From a virus (taxonomy: Duplodnaviria; Caudoviricetes): DNA of 64,000 nucleotides. The position numbers and the translations under genes were made by a program. The notes under the pieces were generated by a model that searched no databases, had not been told where the DNA came from, and was given only the letters and a program-made list of their open reading frames with translations. Below are positions 26,940 through 37,376 of the stretch, piece after piece (position 1 is the stretch's first letter; each line of letters begins with the position of its first letter). Location of the stretch: IMG/VR virus record IMGVR_UViG_3300021400_000062, positions 32,136 through 96,135 of that record; one strand, given 5' to 3'.

Positions 26940-28454
26940 TTATGATTGATTACTAACAGGATGACACAGCAATGTATAAACGAGACCCTTGCTTGAATCT
27001 ACTGATTCAAAGTGTATGCGATACTCTCTATCAAGAGGTACGGTTGGGTAGCGCATTGATGTTATATATCCGATTATTGTATTGTCTGCGTTAACATTAT
27101 TGAGTGTTGGATACCAGTGAATGTCTGGTGTTACTGCTTGTCCATCTTCATCCACCCAGCCGTTATCTGCCGCATTTCTATACCAAGCACCATCCCCACT
27201 ATCATCTCTCCAAGCTATTTGTGTAACCTTCCAAGGTAGATTAGACTTGATTCTTACAGCTGTTTCGTTCTCCAATGCAGCATTGAATTCTACACTGCTA
27301 ATCTGGTCGCCAGAACTATCAACCGCATAGATATAATATCCAGCCGAAGGGTTGTATTTACAAGTTTGTTTTATTCTAAATTCCTTTGTGAAGTCAGCCG
27401 GAAGTGATGCATCACCACCAGCAACTATTCTAACCGTGTTGAGATAATATCCATCAGCATTCCCCGTGTCTGATGCTGGTATTGCAGAAACATTTAATTC
27501 AACCTCCTGCCAGCTACTACTCATACTTCCTTGGCTCGGTGTCATAGTGGCGTGCGGATAATCTACCCTACCAAGACCGTCTGCTCGCCAATTAAATCCA
27601 GAAATAATCATTGAGGAGGAGCCGCCAGTTATTGGGAATTCCAATGTTTGTTCATCAATGCTTAAATAGAATAACGCCACCCTTACTTGGAAGTAAGTAC
27701 CCGGAATAGGACAACCCCAGATTGGGTTGTTTCCGGTTTGTGCATAAGCAATGAATGTGCAATCATATGTTATAGTTTCCGCATATGTGCTTGGTGCATT
27801 AAAGTACATCTGCGGAATACTTATAATCGGGTTGTTCTCAATAGTCTGTCCTTCAGTGAACTCCATATCTACTTTTGTAACAGCAGCAGATGTATTTGTT
27901 GCGTCCCTATAAATAAGCGCAAACTTAAAGTCTGATATATTATATCCAGTACTCGTGAGTGCCCCTTTAAGGTCGGCGACTTTCATGTTTACCTGCTTGT
28001 TGTTGAATGTGTCAATGTTTGGAGAAACCGATATAAGAATATACGGTCTGTCACCAGAAGAACCTTGTGTGCTAGTATTTACAACCTTGTCTGGCATTTG
28101 TGGATAAGGTGCTCTTGCCAAATTATAATAACCGTCAAAATCAAGCACGCGGCTCCTAGTTGGCGTTACTTTATTCCAGTCCACGCCAGTTTTTGCAGCG
28201 GTAAGCATTGTTGCATAATTACTTGAAAATAGCCCAGATGTATCTATTCCGCAGTTAAGCATCTTGCGCTCTTCCTCCGTCAGTTCTCCGACTTTTGTTC
28301 CTCCACAAGGTTTGTATTTTGCGTACTTATTAACCTTCTGTGACTTTGCCATGTCGGAATTATCACCCAAAACATAGGCAATATCTGCGAGGGATATACC
28401 TATGTTCGGAGTGACTGTCCTGTCCACAAAAATATGTGTAGTATCGTGTGCCAT
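26940..28454 (-). CDS. Tail fibre / receptor-binding protein with BACON-like Ig repeats
   Basis: VNKYAKYKP N-domain; LEFPITGGS..NW and VEFNAA..IKSNLPWKV patterns. Confidence 0.6.
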   Translation of the reverse strand: MAHDTTHIFVDRTVTPNIGISLADIAYVLGDNSDMAKSQKVNKYAKYKPCGGTKVGELTEEERKMLNCGIDTSGLFSSNYATMLTAAKTGVDWNKVTPTRSRVLDFDGYYNLARAPYPQMPDKVVNTSTQGSSGDRPYILISVSPNIDTFNNKQVNMKVADLKGALTSTGYNISDFKFALIYRDATNTSAAVTKVDMEFTEGQTIENNPIISIPQMYFNAPSTYAETITYDCTFIAYAQTGNNPIWGCPIPGTYFQVRVALFYLSIDEQTLEFPITGGSSSMIISGFNWRADGLGRVDYPHATMTPSQGSMSSSWQEVELNVSAIPASDTGNADGYYLNTVRIVAGGDASLPADFTKEFRIKQTCKYNPSAGYYIYAVDSSGDQISSVEFNAALENETAVRIKSNLPWKVTQIAWRDDSGDGAWYRNAADNGWVDEDGQAVTPDIHWYPTLNNVNADNTIIGYITSMRYPTVPLDREYRIHFESVDSSKGLVYTLLCHPVSNQS

Positions 28455-28457
28455 AAC

Positions 28458-29354
28458 TTAAACTATTTCCTGGCATTCATACTCAAGACCACCACGTGCA
28501 TTTGCTGGATAGAATCTGTATTTGGTGCCGCCCAGTTCCCAGTAAGCAAAGCTCTGCACAAGCGGATTCCCCGGTGTCCAACCAAAGATATTATCAGCAT
28601 CGCCAAGGAAATTTTCTTTAAGGAGAAGGACATTGGCAAACCGTGTCTTTGTACCATCAAGAGGAGTTATTTCTGCTGGATAAACATCAATATTATTCAT
28701 AATAAAAGGACTTATAAACAAGTCTTTTGAATCCTGTGCTATTATTTCGCCTTGGGTTGAATACTCAAAAGGAAAGTAGAATGATATTGCAGGTTCTGCC
28801 ATGTTATCATACTTCGCAAGATATTGCTCCCTATGTGATTGGCTGGGCCAAGTTGCATTTGTAAAACAAGCGTAGAGCTTTATATTGTTTCCAGTGGTCC
28901 ATTGATAGATGTTATCAGCAGAGGCGATAAGCTGGAATGTAAATGTGGTTCCAACAAATGCAGGGTCTGTTATGGTATAGGTAACAGTATCAGAGCGTCT
29001 TGCTGCTCTTGGCTCTCCCGAATGTCCTTCGCCAGAAAACGAATAAGCGATAATATATACATCATGAGTAGAGCCGTATGCATACTCTCCACCTTCCCAA
29101 TATCCATGCTCTCCTTGGTCCCAAGATTCCGTGACCTCTGCGACCTTACTTCCATCAACAAATACCCAGCACTCCGTTGCACCAGCTGGCCAATTCCACG
29201 ATACACCAAGCATATAGTTTGGTACAACAGATTGTAGATGCTCAACAGACACAACCGGCTTGTCCAACACTGGCCAGACTGGTGTAGCTCCAAGGGCTAT
29301 CGACCATACCTCTTTATCGCCTATGTATATCTTTTTTATGTCTGATAAATCCAT
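28458..29354 (-). CDS. Tail fibre accessory protein
   Basis: IKKIYIGDKEV..GATPVWP N-terminal motif; FN3-like segment. Confidence 0.55.
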   Translation of the reverse strand: MDLSDIKKIYIGDKEVWSIALGATPVWPVLDKPVVSVEHLQSVVPNYMLGVSWNWPAGATECWVFVDGSKVAEVTESWDQGEHGYWEGGEYAYGSTHDVYIIAYSFSGEGHSGEPRAARRSDTVTYTITDPAFVGTTFTFQLIASADNIYQWTTGNNIKLYACFTNATWPSQSHREQYLAKYDNMAEPAISFYFPFEYSTQGEIIAQDSKDLFISPFIMNNIDVYPAEITPLDGTKTRFANVLLLKENFLGDADNIFGWTPGNPLVQSFAYWELGGTKYRFYPANARGGLEYECQEIV

Positions 29355-29355
29355 A

Positions 29356-31677
29356 TTAGTCTTGATAAATAATGTAAATGGTATTCAGGTCTGGAGATGC
29401 CGGATATTCCTCTAATGTCACAACGGAGATATGCTTTATTCTATCTCCATCAATGAAATCAAGAGTGCCATGTTTTGCATCAGCTGTGGCTGGAACAGAG
29501 ATACCACCACGAAGAGTTGCAAGGCCAGATGCATCCAGAGTAGTCACCCCGGTAAGAGCACCACTTATATCCTCGCTGCCATTGAAGTCCTGCCCCCAAA
29601 TCTTGTGCGTGTTGAGAAGCCTTCCCGCCGTAGCAGCATACTGGGCATTGCCAGCATCATTGTTCTCGTTGGCAGAATAGGTCATATCGCAGCAGAAAGG
29701 TGCTGAAAGGCCATCAGAGTTGGGAGAGATTCGTGCTTCCGTAGTGCCTGCCTTTATCGTGTAGATAAGTGGCTCTACCAGCTCATACTCTTCTGGGGTG
29801 GCGAGTTCGTAGTAGAGCATTACACCACTCATTGCGGATTTGAAAGCGGCGTTATCGAAATAAGACTCATCCCTTATAGCAATTTTATTCTCGGATTCGT
29901 CACTTGCTATTGTTTTGTCAATGCTATTCACTTGTATAGGAGTGTCAGCTTGATATGGCGGAGTGATAATGTTTGCTATGGCGTAAGCGCTGGCAGACTT
30001 CTTAATGTCGCTAATAGGAGAACGGAACACGTGGCTTGAACCACCCGTATAGGTCAAACTCCCCAAGTCCACACTTCCCACTCTCTTGATATACTTATTC
30101 CCCACAATCTCGTCATAGACACTTCCAGCACCTTTCACTCCTCCTTCTAAAGTCAGTGTCCCAGAAGGGAAGTAACGGCCATTGAAGGCGGGGTCACTTA
30201 CATTTATGCAACCAGTGGCCTTATGTGCAAGAAGTCCTGTTGCTCTTATGTAAGCCGCACCAGTCGGAGGAGTGAGGGTAAACCCTGCGTTATATTCACC
30301 AACCAGTCTGCCAGAAAGGAAATTTTTGTTAGCATCATAATAGCAGATACCTTCCATTCCAGAGCCAACTCCAAAAGTCAAATTGACATAATATTCTGTA
30401 TTGGCATTGACGGGTATATACGAGGTCACAAAACATGAACTATCATCCGTGAAAGCGCCAGAAGAAGCAACAAGACCTTTCCCCTCGGCACTTACTTGCT
30501 CATCCCACACATTCGGACTAACTACCTTTATGTTCTTGAGACCAAGGTTGATTCTGGACTTCTTGTAGGGGAAATACTGGCCGTTTATCGCGGGGTTGGA
30601 TAAGTTGATGCAGATGTTATTCTGGTAGGTGGCGCCATATGCACTGCTCATACAGAAGCGGATATAAAAAGTTCCGGTTGGAATAATGAAGGTAGTATTC
30701 GATATATCCATACCCCTTCTCCACGCGGGAGAGCCCGTTTGCCCAGTATAAGGAATGAACGTCTTGTTAGCATCATAACAATAGATAACGGCGTTCCCGC
30801 CTGTAAATCGGTAGGTTTCCCCGCCTTGAACCGGATAATAATTCTTCGCACGAATGGAAGTATTGTCTGCGACAAAAGCACCATTATTATCTATACTTCC
30901 CACTTCCCACTCCTCATTCCACTGGTTTACCCCCGTGGTTTCCACCGCTTCAGCATCGTTGGAGATGAGAGTGCCGGGGTTGTATGGGTGGTAGTCCGGA
31001 TAGAGGGTTTCAAATTCTGCCACCGAGGTCGGCTCGTTGCCAGCACCGAACATCAAGGTAAGGTCAATAACCTCTATATCCCAGAAGGTGGCCGGAACGC
31101 CTTGTGTGCCCCAAAGGGATAAAGCCTGAGCACTTGTTGCTTCAAATACTGCGTTCACATATGTTTTTGTAGGGTGTGTGGAATCGCCCGTAATGTAGGT
31201 TCCCCCCATAAAAATACGCATAATACCCGTGCATTGTATGCCAGAACGGACATAATATTTATGCCCCACGATTGGCACATAAGCATCATATTCCCCGCCG
31301 CCCCAATCATCAGCCGGGGTTATGGTGAAAGAGCCGTCGGCGTTATAGGCTGGATTTTGGAGAAGTGTCCACCCGTGCGCATCTCCCTGCTCTGGCATTT
31401 GTACTTGCTGATTCCACGCGAGTGTCTTGCCTTTTATCCTATCCAAAGTCAGGCTCTTTGCCTTAATTGTATTGGGGCTCTTGCGATATACAAACTCCTG
31501 CCCGGTAAAGGCTTCACTTATGCCTTCTATTGGCATATAGATATCCGCAAGAGCACTAAACTGATTCTGAAGGTATGAATTCAATCCCAAGACCGCTTCC
31601 ATGACCGTGCGAGGGAATCTGTTTTCAGTCCCAGCAGCATTTTGCATCTGATAAATCTTTCCTGTTATATTTGTCAT
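29356..31677 (-). CDS. Tail fibre/spike with duplicated carbohydrate-binding-like modules
   Basis: Two N.W.E..INxSxPAxNGxYFP units; C-terminal PDLNTIYII; visibly GC-richer. Confidence 0.6.
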   Translation of the reverse strand: MTNITGKIYQMQNAAGTENRFPRTVMEAVLGLNSYLQNQFSALADIYMPIEGISEAFTGQEFVYRKSPNTIKAKSLTLDRIKGKTLAWNQQVQMPEQGDAHGWTLLQNPAYNADGSFTITPADDWGGGEYDAYVPIVGHKYYVRSGIQCTGIMRIFMGGTYITGDSTHPTKTYVNAVFEATSAQALSLWGTQGVPATFWDIEVIDLTLMFGAGNEPTSVAEFETLYPDYHPYNPGTLISNDAEAVETTGVNQWNEEWEVGSIDNNGAFVADNTSIRAKNYYPVQGGETYRFTGGNAVIYCYDANKTFIPYTGQTGSPAWRRGMDISNTTFIIPTGTFYIRFCMSSAYGATYQNNICINLSNPAINGQYFPYKKSRINLGLKNIKVVSPNVWDEQVSAEGKGLVASSGAFTDDSSCFVTSYIPVNANTEYYVNLTFGVGSGMEGICYYDANKNFLSGRLVGEYNAGFTLTPPTGAAYIRATGLLAHKATGCINVSDPAFNGRYFPSGTLTLEGGVKGAGSVYDEIVGNKYIKRVGSVDLGSLTYTGGSSHVFRSPISDIKKSASAYAIANIITPPYQADTPIQVNSIDKTIASDESENKIAIRDESYFDNAAFKSAMSGVMLYYELATPEEYELVEPLIYTIKAGTTEARISPNSDGLSAPFCCDMTYSANENNDAGNAQYAATAGRLLNTHKIWGQDFNGSEDISGALTGVTTLDASGLATLRGGISVPATADAKHGTLDFIDGDRIKHISVVTLEEYPASPDLNTIYIIYQD

Positions 31678-31684
31678 AACTTAC

Positions 31685-34645
31685 TTAATTAGCGTGTATA
31701 TAATCTTCTGTATCGTATGTTGCTGATGCTCTAATCAAAGACCAACTCATATCAAGTGCAAGATAATCATTGGCTATTTGTGAGCCATTCCACGCCCCTG
31801 TAGTAATCGTACCCAGAGTATTAATGTTCTGTGAGCCACCCCAAGTAGAAAGCGCGATGTTCTCAACATCCCCAAGACCTACCATAGTCTTTGTAAGAGA
31901 CAGTTCCCCAGCAGCATTCTTTGGGTTGTAGTTCAGTACACTTATGCCGTCAGAGTTCTTTATTGTAAGAGCATAGATAGTATAGTCTGTAAGGTATGCG
32001 CTTGTATCAAGCTCCCAAGTGTTGTTTGCATTCCTCCTTAACAAACCATTCCCAGTAAGTGCTTCAATAAGCCTCAAGTCATCCGTCCCACTTATCTCAC
32101 TCAATGAGTATCCCGGCTTACTTCCAGCCAACGCCCAGTCACTTATACCAAGAGTGCTCTTAATGTTATTTTTCGTAAAGTCTTGCTCATCAAAAGCGAT
32201 ATACCCGAGAGCATTTTCTATCATCTCCGAATCAATCGCCTTCAAGTATCCCTCTGATGCATGGTTTCCCCATCCATAAGCAGTATGCCCTTCACCTATA
32301 TATGTCTTGTATGTAGAACCTATATCTATTGTTCTGTTTGCTTCAAGTGTTCCACCACCAGTAAGATAGCCGGTACCAGTAATAGATATTGCCTTTAACG
32401 CATTAACGGTAGCATCTACTTCACTCTTTGTGTATGCACTCTGTTTATCCATAGGGATATAACCAAGTGCGGTCTCTATCATCTCGGAGTCAATGCTAGT
32501 AAGGTATTCACTTGTATCCAAAGCCCAGGTATTCTCTGCGGTCTTTTTCAATAGCCCCTTTGTTCCCGCAAGAGCCTCTATTGCTTTGAGGTCATCTGCA
32601 CCTGTAACATTAGATAGTGCTATAGTCGTAGGAAGTGTACCATAACTCACAGTAAGCGTACTGCCATTCTTGCTGATGGCACTTACATAATTGCCTATAC
32701 CACTTGCGCTGATGGCATTAACATACCCACTCAGGTCTATGCTTGTGTCACCAATCTTTACCCAAGTAGTAGTGTAGACATATTCCTCGTACCTGTCGGA
32801 GCCACTACCAGTAGGACCGATAAGATAAAGCACATTGCTCTGCGGGTCAGAGACATCGCTTGTGCTCGCAGCAATCTCATAGTGGAACTGATTGATTGCA
32901 GCTATAAGGGCATTGACCTCAGCCTTTCTATAGGTATCACTTTTGAGGTAGTAGTTCGTGAGGTCATTTACCGCCTTTGTAATGAATCCCTGCTGACCCA
33001 CCCAGCTCTCGGTTGCATAGCCAGATAGGCTCTGGTGGGCTGTAAGCACATCGTGATAGTTACTGCCAAGAGTAATCCTTATCTTGTCTGATACACCGGC
33101 AGAACTAAACTTTGCATCAGTTATTCCATAGCCATCAAGTGTGTCTGGATGCGATGTCAAGTCACTAAAAGCAACAGATGTAAGGTAACTGCTCAGGTCG
33201 ATATTCACATCCTTGCTGCTTACTGGCAGAGCCGAGCCATTGACCTTCACAGACTCTATAACATTAATCTGTGCGCCAGATGCTATACCTTCAAGTTTTG
33301 ACTTCAGGGCACTCGTAAAGTTGTTATCAGTATGGACATAACTTGCATCAACAGCAAAGTTACTATCGTTGGTAAGGTCTGATGTCTTTGAAGGATAGGC
33401 AGGCAGAGATACAACACCATTGGTGTTTGGATTATAAGGAGTGCCGCCAACATCTACACGGGTTACAGTACCTTGAGTCTGCCCAGTAACACTGACTACT
33501 CCATCATCTATCGTAAGCCCTGCACCTATCTTTATCAGTCCGAGAGTAGATGCTGTTGCAGGCTGATTTGCAAGAGCATTGAGTGCACTTGCGGTAGCAA
33601 AGTAAGAATTCGAGTGACCACCAAGTTGTGCCGCGTTCCTCGCAACTCCATTAGAAAAGTATCCCTCAAGAAGTCCAAGCCTTGAAGTGATACCATCAAT
33701 AGCAGCGGATTTCATCAACAACTTGCTGACACCATTAACAGAAAGTGATACCTGATTCTCTGATTCAGCACCCCACAGTACAGTACCTGTTGTACCGGGG
33801 TCATCAATAGTTATCTCTTCTCCTTCTTCTGGGTCTACATAGCAGAGGTCGTCCCCATCAAGAAGGTTCCTTGCCCTATCTATAATAGTAGGAGTATTGC
33901 TGATGTTAGAGTATGGAATGGTAGGTATATGTGCCAAGTTAATCTTAACATCAGGCTTATCAGTATTATTGATGAGTGATTCCCATACCCTATCAAGGTC
34001 TACTCCACCACCACTTCCTGAATATGAGTTTATGCCCCCAAAAGAACCAAAAGAATTACCATAGAATCCATAATTATTTTTTACATGGATTGCATATTCC
34101 GGACTTGCTTCAGTACCAACATTTACCTTCTCGAACCATTCGTCAAGATTTGCAAGAGATTGAGAATTCCTTGCAACTGTAAATTCAAGGCTTACTACAT
34201 CATCAATGACTACTTCATCATTATCATCTACAACAATAACTTGTGCACGAAACCACCCCTTCTCTATTGTATCATCATCAAATTTTGTAAACTTGATTTG
34301 AATATATGGGTCAAGTCTTGTTGTTGCAGATTGGCCCCTGCCACTTGGTTTTCTACCAGAGATGAATGTTGTAGATAATGTGATATCATCTGCTGATGTT
34401 ATTGCAGTATTATCACTCTTGAACAGTTTTACAGTTGTGTGTGATGAGCTTGTTATATTCTCACCGCCCTTATATACTCTTAATATCCAATAATACTGTT
34501 GCCACCAATGTGTTATTGTCCCACTACGGTTTTCCGAGAGGATAATATCCTGCATATCAAGCACAGAAGGAGAAAGCTGCAATGAAAATGCATCGTCTCC
34601 TTTCTGTGCTACATTAAATGTTATCTGGCCTCTCGATTGTGTCAT
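31685..34645 (-). CDS. Long tail fibre shaft protein
   Basis: 986 aa; repeats DDLxxIEAL..W.LDTS.YLT and IDSEMIExALGYI; TLDGYGITDA. Confidence 0.7.
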   Translation of the reverse strand: MTQSRGQITFNVAQKGDDAFSLQLSPSVLDMQDIILSENRSGTITHWWQQYYWILRVYKGGENITSSSHTTVKLFKSDNTAITSADDITLSTTFISGRKPSGRGQSATTRLDPYIQIKFTKFDDDTIEKGWFRAQVIVVDDNDEVVIDDVVSLEFTVARNSQSLANLDEWFEKVNVGTEASPEYAIHVKNNYGFYGNSFGSFGGINSYSGSGGGVDLDRVWESLINNTDKPDVKINLAHIPTIPYSNISNTPTIIDRARNLLDGDDLCYVDPEEGEEITIDDPGTTGTVLWGAESENQVSLSVNGVSKLLMKSAAIDGITSRLGLLEGYFSNGVARNAAQLGGHSNSYFATASALNALANQPATASTLGLIKIGAGLTIDDGVVSVTGQTQGTVTRVDVGGTPYNPNTNGVVSLPAYPSKTSDLTNDSNFAVDASYVHTDNNFTSALKSKLEGIASGAQINVIESVKVNGSALPVSSKDVNIDLSSYLTSVAFSDLTSHPDTLDGYGITDAKFSSAGVSDKIRITLGSNYHDVLTAHQSLSGYATESWVGQQGFITKAVNDLTNYYLKSDTYRKAEVNALIAAINQFHYEIAASTSDVSDPQSNVLYLIGPTGSGSDRYEEYVYTTTWVKIGDTSIDLSGYVNAISASGIGNYVSAISKNGSTLTVSYGTLPTTIALSNVTGADDLKAIEALAGTKGLLKKTAENTWALDTSEYLTSIDSEMIETALGYIPMDKQSAYTKSEVDATVNALKAISITGTGYLTGGGTLEANRTIDIGSTYKTYIGEGHTAYGWGNHASEGYLKAIDSEMIENALGYIAFDEQDFTKNNIKSTLGISDWALAGSKPGYSLSEISGTDDLRLIEALTGNGLLRRNANNTWELDTSAYLTDYTIYALTIKNSDGISVLNYNPKNAAGELSLTKTMVGLGDVENIALSTWGGSQNINTLGTITTGAWNGSQIANDYLALDMSWSLIRASATYDTEDYIHAN

Positions 34646-34646
34646 A

Positions 34647-35774
34647 TTAGTTTATCGTTATCTCAAGAGCAAATGTTGATGCAACGCTAACCATACTCCT
34701 TGTAACATCTATATACTGATAGCTTGTTCCGACCCCCTGATATACACCATCAACAGCACCGGTTTGTGTCCAACCAGTATCAACCGTGCCTGTTTTTGTA
34801 TATTTTGTCCACTTGAAAGTACAGTTGCTGTAGAATGTGGAGCTTTCAATCTTCTCTCCATTTTGCCACAGATATGCAGTAACCCTTGAAGAGTTCAACC
34901 CATCAGTAAATGTTGTGCCAGACGGTGCTTCAAACACTATTTGATATGGGTCTGTCATATCATTTATGTTTGCAGTATCAAACACCTCTACATTATATGT
35001 TGAGCTATCGCTATCTACATCCTTGCAAACACATTTGAATACATCATAGTTATCAATAGCTGCTGCATATACTCTTATACAATTCTCTGTGTGTGCAGCT
35101 ATTGACTTGCCTGTAGTACAACCTTCAATCTGACCGGATATATCCTGAGTTATTTCAACCCAATCCATATCTGTTCCAGTACCAGACTGATTATCTCTTC
35201 TATACCAACGGTATTCAACATCTGTCGGGTCTGCATCCGAACCCCTCCACATATTACATTCCAATCTAACAGAATGAATATCTTGATTTATACTTCTTCC
35301 ATCTGGGGTGTTCATAATGGCAACAACTTGCTGCCCCGCATTTGTTACCTTATTAAATGCTATTATAGCTTTAACCGTAGTTGATACTCCTGTATTTGAA
35401 TCAATATATGCTGTAGATGCTTCCACACGAAGAGCCCCCTGCACCATATTCTCCTTTATCACAAGTTGAGGGAATCCTGTAGTAGCATCTGTTGTTGTAT
35501 AAATTGTAGAGCTCTCTGGAACTGGAGCGAAAGCATTTGCACCAAATGCATATCTCCACGTTATTGCACTACAGCTAAGTATCTGATTCCCAGTAAGACC
35601 AGATACATATACTTCTGGAGTAATAACAAGGAATGGAGATGCTGCATAGTTCGGGGTATACGAAGCATCGTCTGGATTATAGATTTGTGTTAATGCTTGA
35701 TTTGCAGCCAAATACATTGTTATGGCTAATCCGTCATGCAAATCAACAAATGAAATTTGACCTCTTGCATTCAT
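34647..35774 (-). CDS. Tail structural protein with Ig-like domains
   Basis: ARGQISFVDLHDG start; YRWY and FKWTKY motifs. Confidence 0.6.
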   Translation of the reverse strand: MNARGQISFVDLHDGLAITMYLAANQALTQIYNPDDASYTPNYAASPFLVITPEVYVSGLTGNQILSCSAITWRYAFGANAFAPVPESSTIYTTTDATTGFPQLVIKENMVQGALRVEASTAYIDSNTGVSTTVKAIIAFNKVTNAGQQVVAIMNTPDGRSINQDIHSVRLECNMWRGSDADPTDVEYRWYRRDNQSGTGTDMDWVEITQDISGQIEGCTTGKSIAAHTENCIRVYAAAIDNYDVFKCVCKDVDSDSSTYNVEVFDTANINDMTDPYQIVFEAPSGTTFTDGLNSSRVTAYLWQNGEKIESSTFYSNCTFKWTKYTKTGTVDTGWTQTGAVDGVYQGVGTSYQYIDVTRSMVSVASTFALEITIN

Positions 35775-35780
35775 ATTTTA

Positions 35781-36635
35781 TTAATTTATATTATTCAAAA
35801 CTTCTACTGGTATCAGGCAGTAAAATGTACATGCTTTATTTATATCTGAGTTTTGTATTCTTATTGTTTTCCCTACACCTTGATGTGTAATGTTCCATAT
35901 ATTATCTAATATCTGATTTCCAGAAGAACGCTGCCAAGTAAAATGCTCCGGTGCAACATTATCTGTAATATTTCTATCCATATTCCAGACCTCTGCAATA
36001 ATGTCTGTCTGCTGACCAGCCCTCATAAATTGGCTTCCATTTGCACTGAATAATCTTATATCATAAAGATTTCCAACAACTTGAATTCCAGTAGAAATAT
36101 AAGAACCGCTTTCTTCATCCCACACCCAAAATGTACCATCGCTTCCAACCCTATAGAATCCTGTAGCTGTATTATTGTGTGTTCTTGTATAACTCCCGTT
36201 TTTATGTAATACTACCTTATATATTTCATAGTCACCAGATATGTCCTTATGCTCTACATAATATAGCATAACATCTTCTCCACTAACATACCCATTTACA
36301 ACAATCATTCTTGAGTCAGACTCAACATTCTTATCTGTTACACTTATGTGGGATAGAATATCTTTGCTATCAAGATTTATTATTGTATTGTATATACTGT
36401 CATTATATGTTTGGTCTGTTTCGAGTATAAGACTTATTACTGCACCATTTATTGTAAACAGCTCAAGAATATCACCATCATATACCTTTGGTCTTAAAGC
36501 ATCTTCACCAGAACCATCTTCCCTTCTACCTGATTTATCCTTGTTCTCATCGACCAAGTTATTATTGTTGTTTGGAGTGCTTGTTATATTATTTGCACCC
36601 CTTAAACTCATTGTATTATCAACAACAATATTCAT
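35781..36635 (-). CDS. Tail fibre base / hub-like protein
   Basis: FTWQRSSG..DNIWN..H Ig-like C-domain; first gene of the fibre operon. Confidence 0.5.
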   Translation of the reverse strand: MNIVVDNTMSLRGANNITSTPNNNNNLVDENKDKSGRREDGSGEDALRPKVYDGDILELFTINGAVISLILETDQTYNDSIYNTIINLDSKDILSHISVTDKNVESDSRMIVVNGYVSGEDVMLYYVEHKDISGDYEIYKVVLHKNGSYTRTHNNTATGFYRVGSDGTFWVWDEESGSYISTGIQVVGNLYDIRLFSANGSQFMRAGQQTDIIAEVWNMDRNITDNVAPEHFTWQRSSGNQILDNIWNITHQGVGKTIRIQNSDINKACTFYCLIPVEVLNNIN

Positions 36636-36657
36636 TATATGATATTATCTTATGTCG

Positions 36658-36689
36658 CAAATATATATACAAAAATCAGCAACAACAAC
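36658..36689 (-). promoter_or_regulatory. Tail-fibre operon promoter
   Basis: TATATTTG, 20-nt spacer, GTTG. Confidence 0.65.
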
Positions 36690-36711
36690 AGATTTAAAAT
36701 AAATTTAAACT

Positions 36712-36775
36712 AAAAAAAAGAATGCCATGCACTTCACAGCGAATGGCAAACTTACTAACAAAAAGATTCTTACTC
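36712..36775 (-). ncRNA. Candidate sRNA A
   Basis: Promoter TATATTTG 36780-36787 with CTTG; hairpin TGCCAT..GCT-GTGA-AGT..ATGGCA then T8; no ORF. Confidence 0.6.
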
Positions 36776-36832
36776 ACAACAAATATACAAATAAAATTTA
36801 TAACCAGCAAGACCACTCATTAAAAAGCAAAG

Positions 36833-36913
36833 AAAAAAAATACCGGTGAATCTCACGACCAACCGGTATCATCACAATTAAACCTAACTATAGAAAAACC
36901 GCCACGGATTGTT
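36833..36913 (-). ncRNA. Candidate sRNA B
   Basis: Promoter TATATTTG 36918-36925 with TTTG; hairpin ATACCGGT..GTC-GTGA-GAT..ACCGGTAT then T-run; no ORF. Confidence 0.6.
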
Positions 36914-36935
36914 ACCGCAAATATACTAAAAATAT

Positions 36936-37376
36936 TTATTTCTCAAAAGAAAGTTCTATTCCATTCATTCGTTCTGGATAGCCCTTAAGAGTGCACCAAA
37001 TACAGTTTGTTGCCCATTGCTCAATGTATGCAAGTGGTTCGCTTTTGTCAAAGCCACCAAGTGGAATATCAAATTGTTCGCTCAAATAGGCTATGTAGTG
37101 CAGAGCCTCATGGGCGCATATACCGGCACTGCATTCTCCAGGCAAGAAGATTGATACAAGACATCCTCTCATCAAACTCTTTTTATTCCCGACAATCATA
37201 GTATTAGCATATTTGCCTGAAACATACTCAAATGTGCCGCCAAAACTATCCACCATTTCACCATCATTGTCAAATGGGTAGAATAGTTCTGCCACATCTA
37301 CCGTTTCAGGCTTTTTGCAAACCCATAATCTTGTTGGATAGATTACTGGGTTAAATTCATAGATTTTACTTTTCAT
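36936..37376 (-). CDS. HExxH zincin-like protein
   Basis: ICAHEALH..SEPLAYI. Confidence 0.65.
   Translation of the reverse strand: MKSKIYEFNPVIYPTRLWVCKKPETVDVAELFYPFDNDGEMVDSFGGTFEYVSGKYANTMIVGNKKSLMRGCLVSIFLPGECSAGICAHEALHYIAYLSEQFDIPLGGFDKSEPLAYIEQWATNCIWCTLKGYPERMNGIELSFEK

Noticed and set aside
227-36697. Plus-strand ORFs in the late block (e.g. 5162, 7690, 14971) and minus-strand ORFs in the early block
   Set aside because: Antisense shadows of well-supported genes, with no motifs or leaders
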